From a virus (Duplodnaviria > Caudoviricetes), in IMG/VR virus record IMGVR_UViG_3300025838_000035, positions 1 to 64,000 of that record: a stretch of 64,000 bases of DNA; one strand, given 5' to 3'. Shown in pieces: positions 1 through 10,004 of the stretch (its first letter is position 1; each line of letters starts with the position of its first letter). Under the pieces are notes generated by a model that worked only from the letters and a program-made list of their open reading frames with translations, was not told the DNA's origin and did not search any database. The position numbers were made by a program, and so were the translations under genes.

Positions 1-3
1 GCA

Positions 4-438
4 GTGGGTTTGTTGTTGGTTATATCAGGAGGTTACTATGTCTCAGATCATCACGGCTATGAAAGACGGGTTGCAGAAGATAAAGCAGAAATTGAGCGCC
101 TTAATGGAGAAGCTCGTGCAAAAGAAGCAGAGCTCGGACAAAAGCTTGCAAGAGCCACCGGCCAACTGAAAAAGGCTAAAGATGATATTAAGACCAAGCA
201 GGCTGACATTGGTGCTCGTATCGATGCTGGCGAGTTGCGCCTCCCCTCCACCTGTGGTGTACAAGCCAGTTCAGATGCCCCCAATGGAAATCAAACCAAT
301 GGAGCCGAATCTGACCGACAGGCTATTAAAGATATTGTCTCCATCGCTTCAGACGGAGACAAAGCAATCGTCAAGCTCAACGCCTGCATCAGTCAGTACA
401 ACGAAGTGATGCAGACAGTTAATGAGGGTGTGAAATGA
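4..438 (+). CDS. Rz-like inner-membrane spanin (5'-truncated at window edge)
   Basis: Hydrophobic N-terminus followed by coiled coil, directly upstream of endolysin with ATGA overlap; contains a nested lipoprotein ORF; near-copy of 43182..43754. Confidence 0.8.
   Translation: MGLLLVISGGYYVSDHHGYERRVAEDKAEIERLNGEARAKEAELGQKLARATGQLKKAKDDIKTKQADIGARIDAGELRLPSTCGVQASSDAPNGNQTNGAESDRQAIKDIVSIASDGDKAIVKLNACISQYNEVMQTVNEGVK
182..409 (+). CDS. Rz1-like outer-membrane spanin lipoprotein nested in Rz (alternate frame)
   Basis: Signal peptide with lipobox LASC followed by Pro-rich SPPPVVYKP; frame conserved in the second copy at 43211..43438. Confidence 0.8.
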   Translation: MILRPSRLTLVLVSMLASCASPPPVVYKPVQMPPMEIKPMEPNLTDRLLKILSPSLQTETKQSSSSTPASVSTTK

Positions 439-1028
439 TTACAGCAGAAAAACTTCATGCCCTACAAATCGGGCCAGAATGGGTGGAGCCACTAAATGCA
501 ACTATCCAAAAGTTTAGCATTTTTACCGTTAAAGAACAGGCCGCATTTATCGGACAGCTTTCACACGAGTGCAACCACTTCAAAGTCCTTTCAGAAAATC
601 TTAACTATAGAGCAGAAACCCTTCAAGCTCTCTTCCATACCCACTTTAAACCTGACGAGTACGCCCTTTTTGCTCACAAACCAGAAAAGATTGCCAACAG
701 AATCTATGCTAACCGAGGAGGTAATAGAAATGAAGCCAGCGGAGACGGTTGGCTATACCGAGGCAGAGGATGCATTCAGCTCACACTCCATGACAACTAT
801 TGGCATTGTGGGCAAGCCTTGGGTCAGGATTTTGTAAGAAACCCTGATCTTGTAGCAACACCTATGTGGGCAGTTATGAGTGCAGGATGGTTTTGGTCAA
901 CGCATGGTTGTAATCGACTGGCTGAATCAGGCAATGAAGAAGGACTATGCAAAGTTGTAAATGGAGGACTGATTGGTCTTGAAGACAGAAAGAACTTGAC
1001 CAGCAAAGCTTTTGCCATTCTGTCATAA
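435..1028 (+). CDS. Endolysin, glycoside hydrolase family 19 (chitinase-like)
   Basis: AAFIGQLSHEC, ENLNY, YRGRGCIQLT, SAGWFW, VNGGLIGLEDR motifs typical of phage GH19 lysins. Confidence 0.9.
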   Translation: MITAEKLHALQIGPEWVEPLNATIQKFSIFTVKEQAAFIGQLSHECNHFKVLSENLNYRAETLQALFHTHFKPDEYALFAHKPEKIANRIYANRGGNRNEASGDGWLYRGRGCIQLTLHDNYWHCGQALGQDFVRNPDLVATPMWAVMSAGWFWSTHGCNRLAESGNEEGLCKVVNGGLIGLEDRKNLTSKAFAILS

Positions 1029-1040
1029 TCCATTTATAAT
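1012..1040 (+). promoter_or_regulatory. Sigma70-like promoter upstream of the segment A tail module
   Basis: TTGCCA (1012-1017), 17-nt spacer, TATAAT (1035-1040); ATG at 1067. Confidence 0.6.
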
Positions 1041-1066
1041 CATCTCATTAGCAATCAGGGATAATC

Positions 1067-1699
1067 ATGACCGCTTCATTTGCTCTGACGTATGATAATC
1101 TAACCTCTACGGTCTTACAATATTTAGAGCGTAGCGATGCGGCAACTACAGCTCAGATACCTACATTCATTACTCTTTGTGAGTTCGAGATTGCTCAGCA
1201 AATTAAAACGCTAGGTCAACAGCAAGTTGTTGAGTCAGTAATGCAAGCCGGTAATGCAGTCATTGCTAAACCTGCTAGATGGCGTAAAACGGTATCAATG
1301 AATTTGACAAATAGTGGCACAATTCAGCCTGTGTACTTGAGGAAGTATGAGTATATACGATCATATGCATCAAGCGCAACATCTCAAGCAACACCCATTT
1401 ATTATGCCGATTATGATTATCAGCATTGGATTGTGGCTCCTACGCCTGATCAGGCTTATACATTCGAAGTCCTTTATTATGAGCGTATTCAGCCTTTATC
1501 ATCTGATAATCAAACAAATTGGCTAACTCAAAATGCGCCAAATGCAATGCTGTATGGGACACTCTTACAAGCAATGCCATTCTTAAAAAATGATCAGCGT
1601 CAAATATTTCAAGAGAAGTATAAAGAAGCGATGGATGCTTTGAAAGCAGAAGACTTGCTTCGTTTGGGTGATCGTCAAACTATTGCACAGGATTCTTAA
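1067..1699 (+). CDS. Head-tail adaptor / tail tubular protein A-like
   Basis: YDNLTSTVLQYLER...FITLCEFEI, PTPDQAYTFEVLYY, NWLTQNAPNAMLYGTLLQA; homologous to 53192..54097. Confidence 0.65.
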   Translation: MTASFALTYDNLTSTVLQYLERSDAATTAQIPTFITLCEFEIAQQIKTLGQQQVVESVMQAGNAVIAKPARWRKTVSMNLTNSGTIQPVYLRKYEYIRSYASSATSQATPIYYADYDYQHWIVAPTPDQAYTFEVLYYERIQPLSSDNQTNWLTQNAPNAMLYGTLLQAMPFLKNDQRQIFQEKYKEAMDALKAEDLLRLGDRQTIAQDS

Positions 1700-1701
1700 C
1701 C

Positions 1702-2928
1702 ATGACAGCATACACCAACCCATTTACTGGTCAATCCATTCAACCGTCGTCGGTTGGGTTTGAAGCTCTTACAATCTCGGCTAATACATCTCTTTCTTGG
1801 TCAATCAACGGCTTAGGCGGAAATGTTCCAGTTGCCGCACAGATTATGAATGTAAGTGCAACAGCTAATGGGTTCTCATTACTGATGCCGCCGGCTTATC
1901 AAGTATCAAACGGACAAGATGTACTAATTAATAACATTGGCTCATACCCATTTTCTGTTAAAGTTAATGATGGTACAACCACAATTTGTAATATTGCAGC
2001 AGGTGCTGTTGAGTATATTTATCTAATTGATAATACAACAAACAATGGTACATGGGATGCATTTACATTTGGGACAGGTACATCAGCTGCAAATGCAGGT
2101 ACTTTAGCAGGTTATGGACTAAATGCAATTGCAAACACATTAAATCAGTCATATCCCGTTACTATATATTACACAAGTACTTATTTAACTGCTGCAAATC
2201 AAGCAGCATTTGCAATATGGGAAGGTGGAGTAGGTACATTAACTCTACCTTCTTCATCAACAGTGGGTGCTAATTGGTTTGTCAATATAGGTAACTATGG
2301 CACAGGCATTCTCACACTTGCACCTGTTGGTACTGACACAATCAATGGTAATAGTAATCAACAATTACAATTAACTGAGTCATTAGTTCTTGTTTCAACT
2401 GGTAGTGGTTGGAATACTTTTGGTTATGGAAGATCAAATCAGTTTGCATATACACAATTGGCTTTATCAGTTAGTGGTGGAACAACTACACTAACATCAG
2501 TACAAGCGGCAAACACAATTCAAGAATATTCTGGTGTACTTACATCTAATCAAATCATTGTTGTGCCTTCAACTGTTCAGTTATATTCAGTAATCAATAA
2601 CACAACAGGCTCATATACACTTACTTTAAAAACAGCAGTATCAGGAGGTGCATCTGTTGTTGTACCACAAGGTGGTACATTAATTCTTGTATGCGATGGC
2701 ACAAACGTGTACAATGCAGCTTCTGGAACAGCTAGTAGCTTTAGCACTCTTACATTAGGTAATGGTTCGACTGCAGTCCCATCATTAAAGTTTTTAGGCG
2801 ATGCTACAACAGGCATTTATTTACCTTCATCAGGACAATTAGGCTTTGTCGTAAGTGGTTCACTTGCAGGTTTCTTTAATTCTTCAGGTTTTACAGCTTT
2901 TAATGGCATATCTGGAGGAACCTTCTAA
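1702..2928 (+). CDS. Tail structural protein
   Basis: Thr/Ser/Gly-rich beta-type sequence within tail operon; C-terminal GSTAVPSLKFLGDATTGIY motif common in phage tail proteins. Confidence 0.55.
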   Translation: MTAYTNPFTGQSIQPSSVGFEALTISANTSLSWSINGLGGNVPVAAQIMNVSATANGFSLLMPPAYQVSNGQDVLINNIGSYPFSVKVNDGTTTICNIAAGAVEYIYLIDNTTNNGTWDAFTFGTGTSAANAGTLAGYGLNAIANTLNQSYPVTIYYTSTYLTAANQAAFAIWEGGVGTLTLPSSSTVGANWFVNIGNYGTGILTLAPVGTDTINGNSNQQLQLTESLVLVSTGSGWNTFGYGRSNQFAYTQLALSVSGGTTTLTSVQAANTIQEYSGVLTSNQIIVVPSTVQLYSVINNTTGSYTLTLKTAVSGGASVVVPQGGTLILVCDGTNVYNAASGTASSFSTLTLGNGSTAVPSLKFLGDATTGIYLPSSGQLGFVVSGSLAGFFNSSGFTAFNGISGGTF

Positions 2929-4697
2929 TGACCGCTAAAGTTATATCATTAGCAATACAGCCGGGTATTCAGCGTGATGGTACGCAGTTTGACTCTGTTC
3001 GCTATGTTGATGGTATATGGACACGTTTTCAACGTGGCAGACCAAGAAAGATGGGTGGCTACAATGCCATGTTCTTGAATGCACCTGAAGTATCTCGTGG
3101 CATGGTTATGCAATCGCAAACAGGCATTAATTATGTGTATTCAGGGTCGCAAAGTAAAGTATCCGCTTGGCAAACTGACGATGATGATGCTACTGGTTCA
3201 GGCCCAACTGATGTTACTTTAAGCAACTTTACAGCTAGTGCAAACAATCTATGGCAGTGGGATGTTTCATATGACTCATATGGCAGTGGCGCATTTACAG
3301 TAATTGGCCACCCTGGACAAAATTTATCAAATATTGACAGTACTGTTAATACACCTGTCTTAATTGGCAATTTTCCTTATGGGTCAATGTCACAAGTTGG
3401 TGTGTTTACTGCAGTTGGTAATTTATCAAGCACAACAATCACAATTGCAGCAACTAACTATTTAATTGGTGTAGGACAAACAGTAACTGGCTCAGGAATT
3501 CCTTCAAACACTACAGTCACAGCTGTGACTGTAGTTACTTCACCTTCACCACAGACTACAGTCACTGTGTCAAACTCAATGACAACTAGTTCTGGTGTGA
3601 CAGTTACGTTTAATAATAATATTTCAGTGTCCGGTGGATGCTGTATGATTTACCCATATATGTTTGTGTATGGGAACAACGGTCTAATTCAGAATTCATC
3701 GGCAGGAAACTTCAATAACTGGGTAGCTGCGGATGCTAATGCTGCTAACCCAACAGCCACAAAAGTTGTTAAAGGCATGCCGGTTCGTGGTGGTACGACA
3801 TCACCTTCAGGGTTATTTTGGTCATTAGACTCACTGATTCGTGTGTCTTATGCACCACAGAATGTTGGAACATCCACAATTTATTGGCGTTATGACATTA
3901 TTAGCAGTCAATCATCAATTCTGTCATCACAATCTGTAATCGAATATGATGGTATTTACTATTGGGCAGGCGTAGATAGATTCTTGTCATACAACGGTGT
4001 TGTTCAAGAAGTACCTAATCAAACTAACTTAAACTGGTTCTATGATAATCTCAACTATTATGAACGTCAAAAGATCTGGTGTACAAAGATTCCTCGATGG
4101 GGCGAAATTTGGTGGTTTTATCCAAGAGGAAATGCTACTGAATGCACTGATGCTATTGTCTACAATGTAAGAGAACAAGTCTGGTATGATGCAGGACAAG
4201 CCTTAGGTGCCAGAAGATCGGCAGGTTTATTCTCTGAAGTGTTCCGCTATCCTATTTGGGCAGGCTGGGAAGCTAATTCAGCAGGTGGTTATACAATTTG
4301 GCAGCATGAGAGAGGTAAAGATAGCATTTATCTGACCACTGTTGATGCTGTACAAAGTACTATTGAAACTAATAACCTTGGATGGGTCACAGGAGGCCCT
4401 GGAAACCGTCAATTAGCAGGCGATAATAGATGGATTAGACTGGAAAGAGTTGAACCTGACTTTAAACAAGTAGGTTCTATGAATCTTTATGTCACAGGTA
4501 AAGGTTATGCAGATGATAATGATGTCACATCAAGCCCTTACTCATTTGATCCAACAACACTAAAAATTGATATGCGTGAACAAAGACGTGAAATGCGTCT
4601 TAGATTTGAAAGTAACACCTTTAATGGTGACTATGAAATGGGTAATATCTTGCTTAGTGCAGATATGGGTGATGAACGTTCTACAGGTAATCCGTAA
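2928..4697 (+). CDS. Tail tubular protein B / P22 gp10-like stabilisation protein
   Basis: N-terminal IQPGIQRDGTQF..RFQRGRPRKMGG and C-terminal RLRFESN; homologous to 40133..42580. Confidence 0.6.
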   Translation: MTAKVISLAIQPGIQRDGTQFDSVRYVDGIWTRFQRGRPRKMGGYNAMFLNAPEVSRGMVMQSQTGINYVYSGSQSKVSAWQTDDDDATGSGPTDVTLSNFTASANNLWQWDVSYDSYGSGAFTVIGHPGQNLSNIDSTVNTPVLIGNFPYGSMSQVGVFTAVGNLSSTTITIAATNYLIGVGQTVTGSGIPSNTTVTAVTVVTSPSPQTTVTVSNSMTTSSGVTVTFNNNISVSGGCCMIYPYMFVYGNNGLIQNSSAGNFNNWVAADANAANPTATKVVKGMPVRGGTTSPSGLFWSLDSLIRVSYAPQNVGTSTIYWRYDIISSQSSILSSQSVIEYDGIYYWAGVDRFLSYNGVVQEVPNQTNLNWFYDNLNYYERQKIWCTKIPRWGEIWWFYPRGNATECTDAIVYNVREQVWYDAGQALGARRSAGLFSEVFRYPIWAGWEANSAGGYTIWQHERGKDSIYLTTVDAVQSTIETNNLGWVTGGPGNRQLAGDNRWIRLERVEPDFKQVGSMNLYVTGKGYADDNDVTSSPYSFDPTTLKIDMREQRREMRLRFESNTFNGDYEMGNILLSADMGDERSTGNP

Positions 4698-4933
4698 TGG
4701 TTGTCTATGATCCTAGAGGTTTGACTTGGGCTAAGTGGTGTTCTCACATGGCAGAACTATTTGCGCCTAATCAACTAGGAACTGTGCCTGAAGATCAGTG
4801 GCGTCTTTGGGCAGATGGCATGCAAGGTATTGGCTATTTTGTAAATTCAGCTGTTCCTGATCAAAGAGGGTTTGCTACTTGGCAAGAGTGGGCACAGTCT
4901 TTGGTTGGCATTATGAGTATTAATCCACAATGA
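4697..4933 (+). CDS. Small Trp-rich hypothetical virion protein
   Basis: Overlapping stop/start with both neighbours in the tail operon. Confidence 0.55.
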   Translation: MVVYDPRGLTWAKWCSHMAELFAPNQLGTVPEDQWRLWADGMQGIGYFVNSAVPDQRGFATWQEWAQSLVGIMSINPQ

Positions 4934-7900
4934 CTATCGATCAAGCCACCGCAAACCAACTTGCAGCAGCTTATACTGCTGACCCTACAAACACAGGTGC
5001 ATTGCAAAGTCTTGTTAACAGCACTGGTGTTACGCAAGAAGATGTTGCACAATATTTTCCAACATTCAATATTGCAACATCAGGGCTAACCATACCCTCA
5101 AATGCAACAAATGCAGCACAGCAAAGTGGAAGTGCAGCAGGTGCGAGTGAAGCAGCCAGTGCCGCTGCAGCTAAAGCTGCACAAGATGCAGCAGCTGCTG
5201 CAAGTACAGCATCGCAAATTACTGATGTGAATGGAAATGTAATTCCAAACATTTCAAAGCCTTCAATTATTGGGTCTGATGGTACTCAAGGAATAAATGG
5301 AAATACAGTCTTATCTAGTAATCCAACATTAGCACAATTAGCAACGAAATATGCAAATGACCCAAGTGGATTTGTTGTTGCCGCTGGTATGGCAGGATTT
5401 TCCAATAGTGATATACAAAATGTATTAACAGATCCCAAATATGTAACAGGATTTACAACTGCAAATTATGCAGTTCCAAACTTTAATTCTGATACCACTG
5501 CACCTCTTGGATCTGCAAACAATTTAACACCTACAGGTGCGGCAGTAAGTACTGCAAGAACATTACAAAATCAGGCTGATGCACTATTAAGAAATGGATA
5601 TAGCACTGATTCTGTTCAGTCATTTATTGATGCTCAATTAGCAGGCAATCCAACACTTGCAAAACAAAATATTGGCGGTGTTAATTTAAAAGATTTTCTT
5701 GACCAAACAATTGTTTCTGACAGCACAGCATTCCAACAACAAGCACAACAAGGTAAATCTGAATATCTTACGCCCTACAGTAATTTAGTCATTGGTTCTA
5801 ATACGTCTATTGCAAATACAGGGGCAATAAATGCTGGTGTGACAAGTAAAACCGGTACAACAGGTTCCAGTACTACAGGGGCAGGAACAGGGACAGGAAC
5901 GACAACAAACACAAAATCAGCTGCTGATTTAGCGGTTGATGCATTGCCTCAAGTAAATCCGACTTATTTAAACTCCCAGATTCTTGATGTATATAATAAG
6001 ATCATTCAAGGCGGTGGAACAAATGCTGATGTTGCAAAAGCTTTAGATGCTTCAGGCGTAACAACTTCGCAACTAGCAACAATACTAGGCGTTAATCCTG
6101 CATATGCTCAAATTCAGTATAACATTGCAGATCCAACAGGCAGCCAACTTACACCTTATTCAAGTACGACAGCATCTGCAACTGCTAATGATTCAAACCA
6201 ACAGTTTAATACAATGTATGATCAGTTGCAATATGGCAACACAAAGATCAGCACAACTACATCAGTAGACCCTGATACTGGATCACCAACTACCACAACA
6301 GGTTTGTATGATTCAAAAGGCAATCTGCTAAATAGTCGAGTAACATCACTAGGTAATGGTGTCTATGATCTTCAAACACCATCGGCAGGTGGTATCATTC
6401 ATACATATGTTCAAGCTGATGCAAACGGAAATGTCTCGCCCATTACTGACTATACTAATCAGATTAGTTATCAAGGTGGTCAACATGGCGGGTTCATTAA
6501 TCAAACATTAAGTAGTCTTGGCCCTATCGGAAAAATTGCAGCTGTTGTTGCATTAAATGCACTACTTCCTGGCGCAGGTGAGATTGGTGCAGAGCTTACA
6601 GGTGCTGATGCTGCATCAACAACTGCTTTAACAGCAGGTGGTTCAGCAATCGGGGCTGTTAATGGCGGTGTAATTGCTGCTATGAATGGTCAAGATGTGA
6701 CTAAAGGTGTGCTTACAGGTGCGCTTGGTGGCGGATTAGGTGCAAATGCATCGAACTTAGCAACAAATGTGCTAGGTAAAGATACATTGTCATCAATATC
6801 AAGCACGTTAGGTGGGACATTTACGCCTACTCAAGTATCACAAATTGTTGGCAATGCTTTTACAAAGTCAGTTGTGGCTGCTGCAAATTCAGGTAATACA
6901 TCAAACTTACTTGGGACATTTGCATCAAACTTAGTCACATCAGGCTTAGGTACTACTGCATCAAATGCTATTTATGACCAATTTGAGGGTAAACTTAGTG
7001 ATGCCACACTTAGTTCACTTGCAAAAGCCGTTGGCAATATGACAAGTGCTACAACAGCTGCTGCAGTGTCATCAGGTGGTGATGCAAATGCAATGACAAA
7101 TGCATTAGTCACATCAGGAGCAACGTCATTAGGTAATTTTCTTGGTAGCACAACTGCAAATGCAGTTAAGTCAAGTACAACTTCAAACACAGGTACAACA
7201 AAAGTATCTGACACAGGGTCAACAGCATCTGGTTCAATTTCTAATATTGCCACAGACCCAGGATCATATTCGGATGCTAAACCTGGGACGATGACTACAA
7301 TGTCAAACGGTGAGCCTGGAATTGTATTGGATAATGGCAAAATTGCGTCATTGGTTGATTATAGAAATGCAGTAGCATCAGGCCAGTCTTTTTCTATTGA
7401 TGGAATAATGCAAACAGGGTCTGATGCAACTAGTCTGCTCAAAAATGCAGTTTCATCATCTTCAACAACCTCTGTTGATGTGAGTGGGACAGGTGCAGTT
7501 GTGAATGCTGAAAATGCATCAAAACTAGGTTTTGATACTTCACAGCTGCCTGATGGTTATCAGTTAGTTGATGCAGCAACTAGCGATGCTTATTATGCAG
7601 CGTATGGGCATAACCCACCAGTCACGCCATTACCTGATGGCACATATGTGACGATGTTGCCAACTTCAGAAATCGAAAGTTTAAATTCATCATCAACAGA
7701 TGCATCATCATCTGGTCTTGGAAAAGTAACCGTAACTGCACAAAGCCAAAACGGTACAAATGCTGATGGAACAACTGCACTTAATCCTGTCACTGTCGTA
7801 GGAAAGAAAGATAATACAGATAACACAACTACACTTAACCCTGTCACAATTGTAGGGAAGAATGACAATACAGACACTAGTGTGACACCTGTAACTCTTA

Positions 7901-8769
7901 ATCCTGTCACAATTGTTTCAAAAAAACCTCCTGTAGAACAACCTCAGATTATCGACCCAAAACCTCCTGTAGTTCAGCCGCCTGTACAGCCGCCTGTGGT
8001 TAAGCCGCCTGTTGTACCTGGGACAACAATTACAACGCCCGCCACTAAAACAACAACTACAACCGAACCTTCTGTTTCTCAAACAAGCTCATCTACTACA
8101 ACAGGTGCTTTACCTGCCAACTTAATCGGAACTATGCTGGCAAGTGCTGCACCAGCTGAAAGAGCAAAACTTATGCAAGACTTAAAACAAATCTACCCTG
8201 AACTAGCTCACTTAGACCCTAAAATTCTAAGTCTATTAAGCGGTGAAGCATCAAATAAACATGCCGAGAGCTTAATGCAAAATGGTGTGAATATGCTTCA
8301 AGCTCCTGCAGCTTCTGGCAGTGTTCCGTTATCCCCTATTTCTGGGTCATCCGGTCAAACAGGTTTAACACCATCTAGCATGACAAGCCCTCTGATGCAA
8401 GGTAATTACAATGCATTATCATCGGCTGGGTTACAAATGATGGCAGGACAGCAAGGGGCATTACCTTCCTTTAAGAAGGGTGGTACTGTTGAGCATGTGC
8501 CACAGTTTATTACTGGTGCAACAGGTCATTATGTTAAAGGAGAAGGTGATGGGCAATCTGATGATATTCCTGCCATGCTTGCTGATGGTGAGTATGTATT
8601 TGATGCTGACACTGTGGCAGCTTTAGGCAATGGCTCATCTGATGCAGGTGCTGAAGTCTTAGATAAGCTACGTGAAGCTATAAGAAAGCATAAGCGTTCT
8701 GCCCCTCCTGATAAAATTCCGCCTAAGGCAAAGTCTCCATTAGAATACTTGAAAGGTGTTAAACTATGA
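4930..8769 (+). CDS. Large low-complexity internal virion (ejection) protein, 1279 aa
   Basis: S/T/A/G-rich; C-terminal domain GEGDGQSDDIPAMLADGEYVFDADTVAALGNGSSDAGA homologous to C-terminus of 37829..38710. Confidence 0.65.
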   Translation: MTIDQATANQLAAAYTADPTNTGALQSLVNSTGVTQEDVAQYFPTFNIATSGLTIPSNATNAAQQSGSAAGASEAASAAAAKAAQDAAAAASTASQITDVNGNVIPNISKPSIIGSDGTQGINGNTVLSSNPTLAQLATKYANDPSGFVVAAGMAGFSNSDIQNVLTDPKYVTGFTTANYAVPNFNSDTTAPLGSANNLTPTGAAVSTARTLQNQADALLRNGYSTDSVQSFIDAQLAGNPTLAKQNIGGVNLKDFLDQTIVSDSTAFQQQAQQGKSEYLTPYSNLVIGSNTSIANTGAINAGVTSKTGTTGSSTTGAGTGTGTTTNTKSAADLAVDALPQVNPTYLNSQILDVYNKIIQGGGTNADVAKALDASGVTTSQLATILGVNPAYAQIQYNIADPTGSQLTPYSSTTASATANDSNQQFNTMYDQLQYGNTKISTTTSVDPDTGSPTTTTGLYDSKGNLLNSRVTSLGNGVYDLQTPSAGGIIHTYVQADANGNVSPITDYTNQISYQGGQHGGFINQTLSSLGPIGKIAAVVALNALLPGAGEIGAELTGADAASTTALTAGGSAIGAVNGGVIAAMNGQDVTKGVLTGALGGGLGANASNLATNVLGKDTLSSISSTLGGTFTPTQVSQIVGNAFTKSVVAAANSGNTSNLLGTFASNLVTSGLGTTASNAIYDQFEGKLSDATLSSLAKAVGNMTSATTAAAVSSGGDANAMTNALVTSGATSLGNFLGSTTANAVKSSTTSNTGTTKVSDTGSTASGSISNIATDPGSYSDAKPGTMTTMSNGEPGIVLDNGKIASLVDYRNAVASGQSFSIDGIMQTGSDATSLLKNAVSSSSTTSVDVSGTGAVVNAENASKLGFDTSQLPDGYQLVDAATSDAYYAAYGHNPPVTPLPDGTYVTMLPTSEIESLNSSSTDASSSGLGKVTVTAQSQNGTNADGTTALNPVTVVGKKDNTDNTTTLNPVTIVGKNDNTDTSVTPVTLNPVTIVSKKPPVEQPQIIDPKPPVVQPPVQPPVVKPPVVPGTTITTPATKTTTTTEPSVSQTSSSTTTGALPANLIGTMLASAAPAERAKLMQDLKQIYPELAHLDPKILSLLSGEASNKHAESLMQNGVNMLQAPAASGSVPLSPISGSSGQTGLTPSSMTSPLMQGNYNALSSAGLQMMAGQQGALPSFKKGGTVEHVPQFITGATGHYVKGEGDGQSDDIPAMLADGEYVFDADTVAALGNGSSDAGAEVLDKLREAIRKHKRSAPPDKIPPKAKSPLEYLKGVKL
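7721..7920 (+). repeat. In-frame tandem repeats LNPVT(V/I)V (TonB-box-like)
   Basis: CTTAA(T/C)CCTGTCAC at 7780, 7834 and 7897, preceded by GKVTVTA at 7721. Confidence 0.75.
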
Positions 8770-9995
8770 CAACCACGACCGGTGCGCTTTCATCGCTTTC
8801 ACCTTTGACTAGCAATCTTAGTTTGCCTACATCATCAACACCGATTACTGCAGGAAATCCTTCACTAGGAAATCCTACAATTACGCCCTATTCTTTTGCA
8901 CCTAATAGTTCGCTATTGGCATCAACAGGTTATACGCCTGCCCCTAATCTAGGAGTTACTCCAGGTTCTACATCGACAGGCTCATTTACTCAAGGTGCAC
9001 CTCTTCCAAATATTACAACATCACAAGAGCAAGTTACAGCAGCCCCATCGTTCTATACTGATTATTTGAATCAGTTGGCAACACAAGGTGCACAAGCTAA
9101 TCAAAACTCACAGTTTGTAGGTCCGACTAATCTACAAACAGCTGCATTTAATAATGTTGCATCAAATGTCGGAAACTATATTCCTACACTTAATGCAGCT
9201 ACAGGTTTAACACAATCTGCTGCAGGCGATTTGACAAGCAATATTAATAGCTTGATGAATAATTCAGCAACCACTGACTTAGTTAACTCTATTGGAAATC
9301 TAGGTCAAGCTAATATTGCACAGAACATAGCGCCGCAAGCAAATGCAGGTGTAGTAGGTTCAGGTGGCTTTGGTTCACAAAGAGGCACACAAGCTCTTGG
9401 TGAAGTACTTGCCAATGCCGGTTTAGGTATTACTGCTCAACAAGCAGCTGCTAAGCAAGCAGCATACAATACAGCCACACAAGCAGGTTTGCAAGAACAA
9501 GCAAATCAACTTGGGGCTGCTAACCAACTAGGCAATTTAGCATCAACCACGCAAAGTCTAGGTCTTGGCGATGTAAATGCACTTGCAACACTTGGTGGTC
9601 AGCAACAAACAATTGCACAGAACCAACAAAACTTTCCGATGCAAGGTCTTGCTAATGAGGCAGCACTTCTTAAAGGCTTTACAGTACCTACATCAGTGTC
9701 ATCAAGCTATACAGGACCAATTCCTGGCGCATATGCGGCTTCTCCATTACAGCAAATTGCCGGACTTGGTGCTTTGGCAGCAGGTATAAGTCAAACAAAC
9801 TTAGGTACTGCAATCGGAAATGGATTGTCTTCTGCAGTAAGCGGGTTGTTTAATAACAATACACCTACAGTGACTAATGGAAACCCATTAGGTTCATCAA
9901 ATATTGATACAAGCGGTTGGACTGAAGTTGGTCAGAACATATATCAAACAAGCACAGGTCAGTTGGTTGACGGTGAAGGTAATCCCATAAATTAA
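8766..9995 (+). CDS. DNA transfer / ejection protein
   Basis: Q/A/G/N-rich with GGFGSQRG motif; positional and sequence counterpart of 35065..36738 (GAFGGGR). Confidence 0.55.
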   Translation: MTTTTGALSSLSPLTSNLSLPTSSTPITAGNPSLGNPTITPYSFAPNSSLLASTGYTPAPNLGVTPGSTSTGSFTQGAPLPNITTSQEQVTAAPSFYTDYLNQLATQGAQANQNSQFVGPTNLQTAAFNNVASNVGNYIPTLNAATGLTQSAAGDLTSNINSLMNNSATTDLVNSIGNLGQANIAQNIAPQANAGVVGSGGFGSQRGTQALGEVLANAGLGITAQQAAAKQAAYNTATQAGLQEQANQLGAANQLGNLASTTQSLGLGDVNALATLGGQQQTIAQNQQNFPMQGLANEAALLKGFTVPTSVSSSYTGPIPGAYAASPLQQIAGLGALAAGISQTNLGTAIGNGLSSAVSGLFNNNTPTVTNGNPLGSSNIDTSGWTEVGQNIYQTSTGQLVDGEGNPIN

Positions 9996-10004
9996 GGATA
10001 GAAC

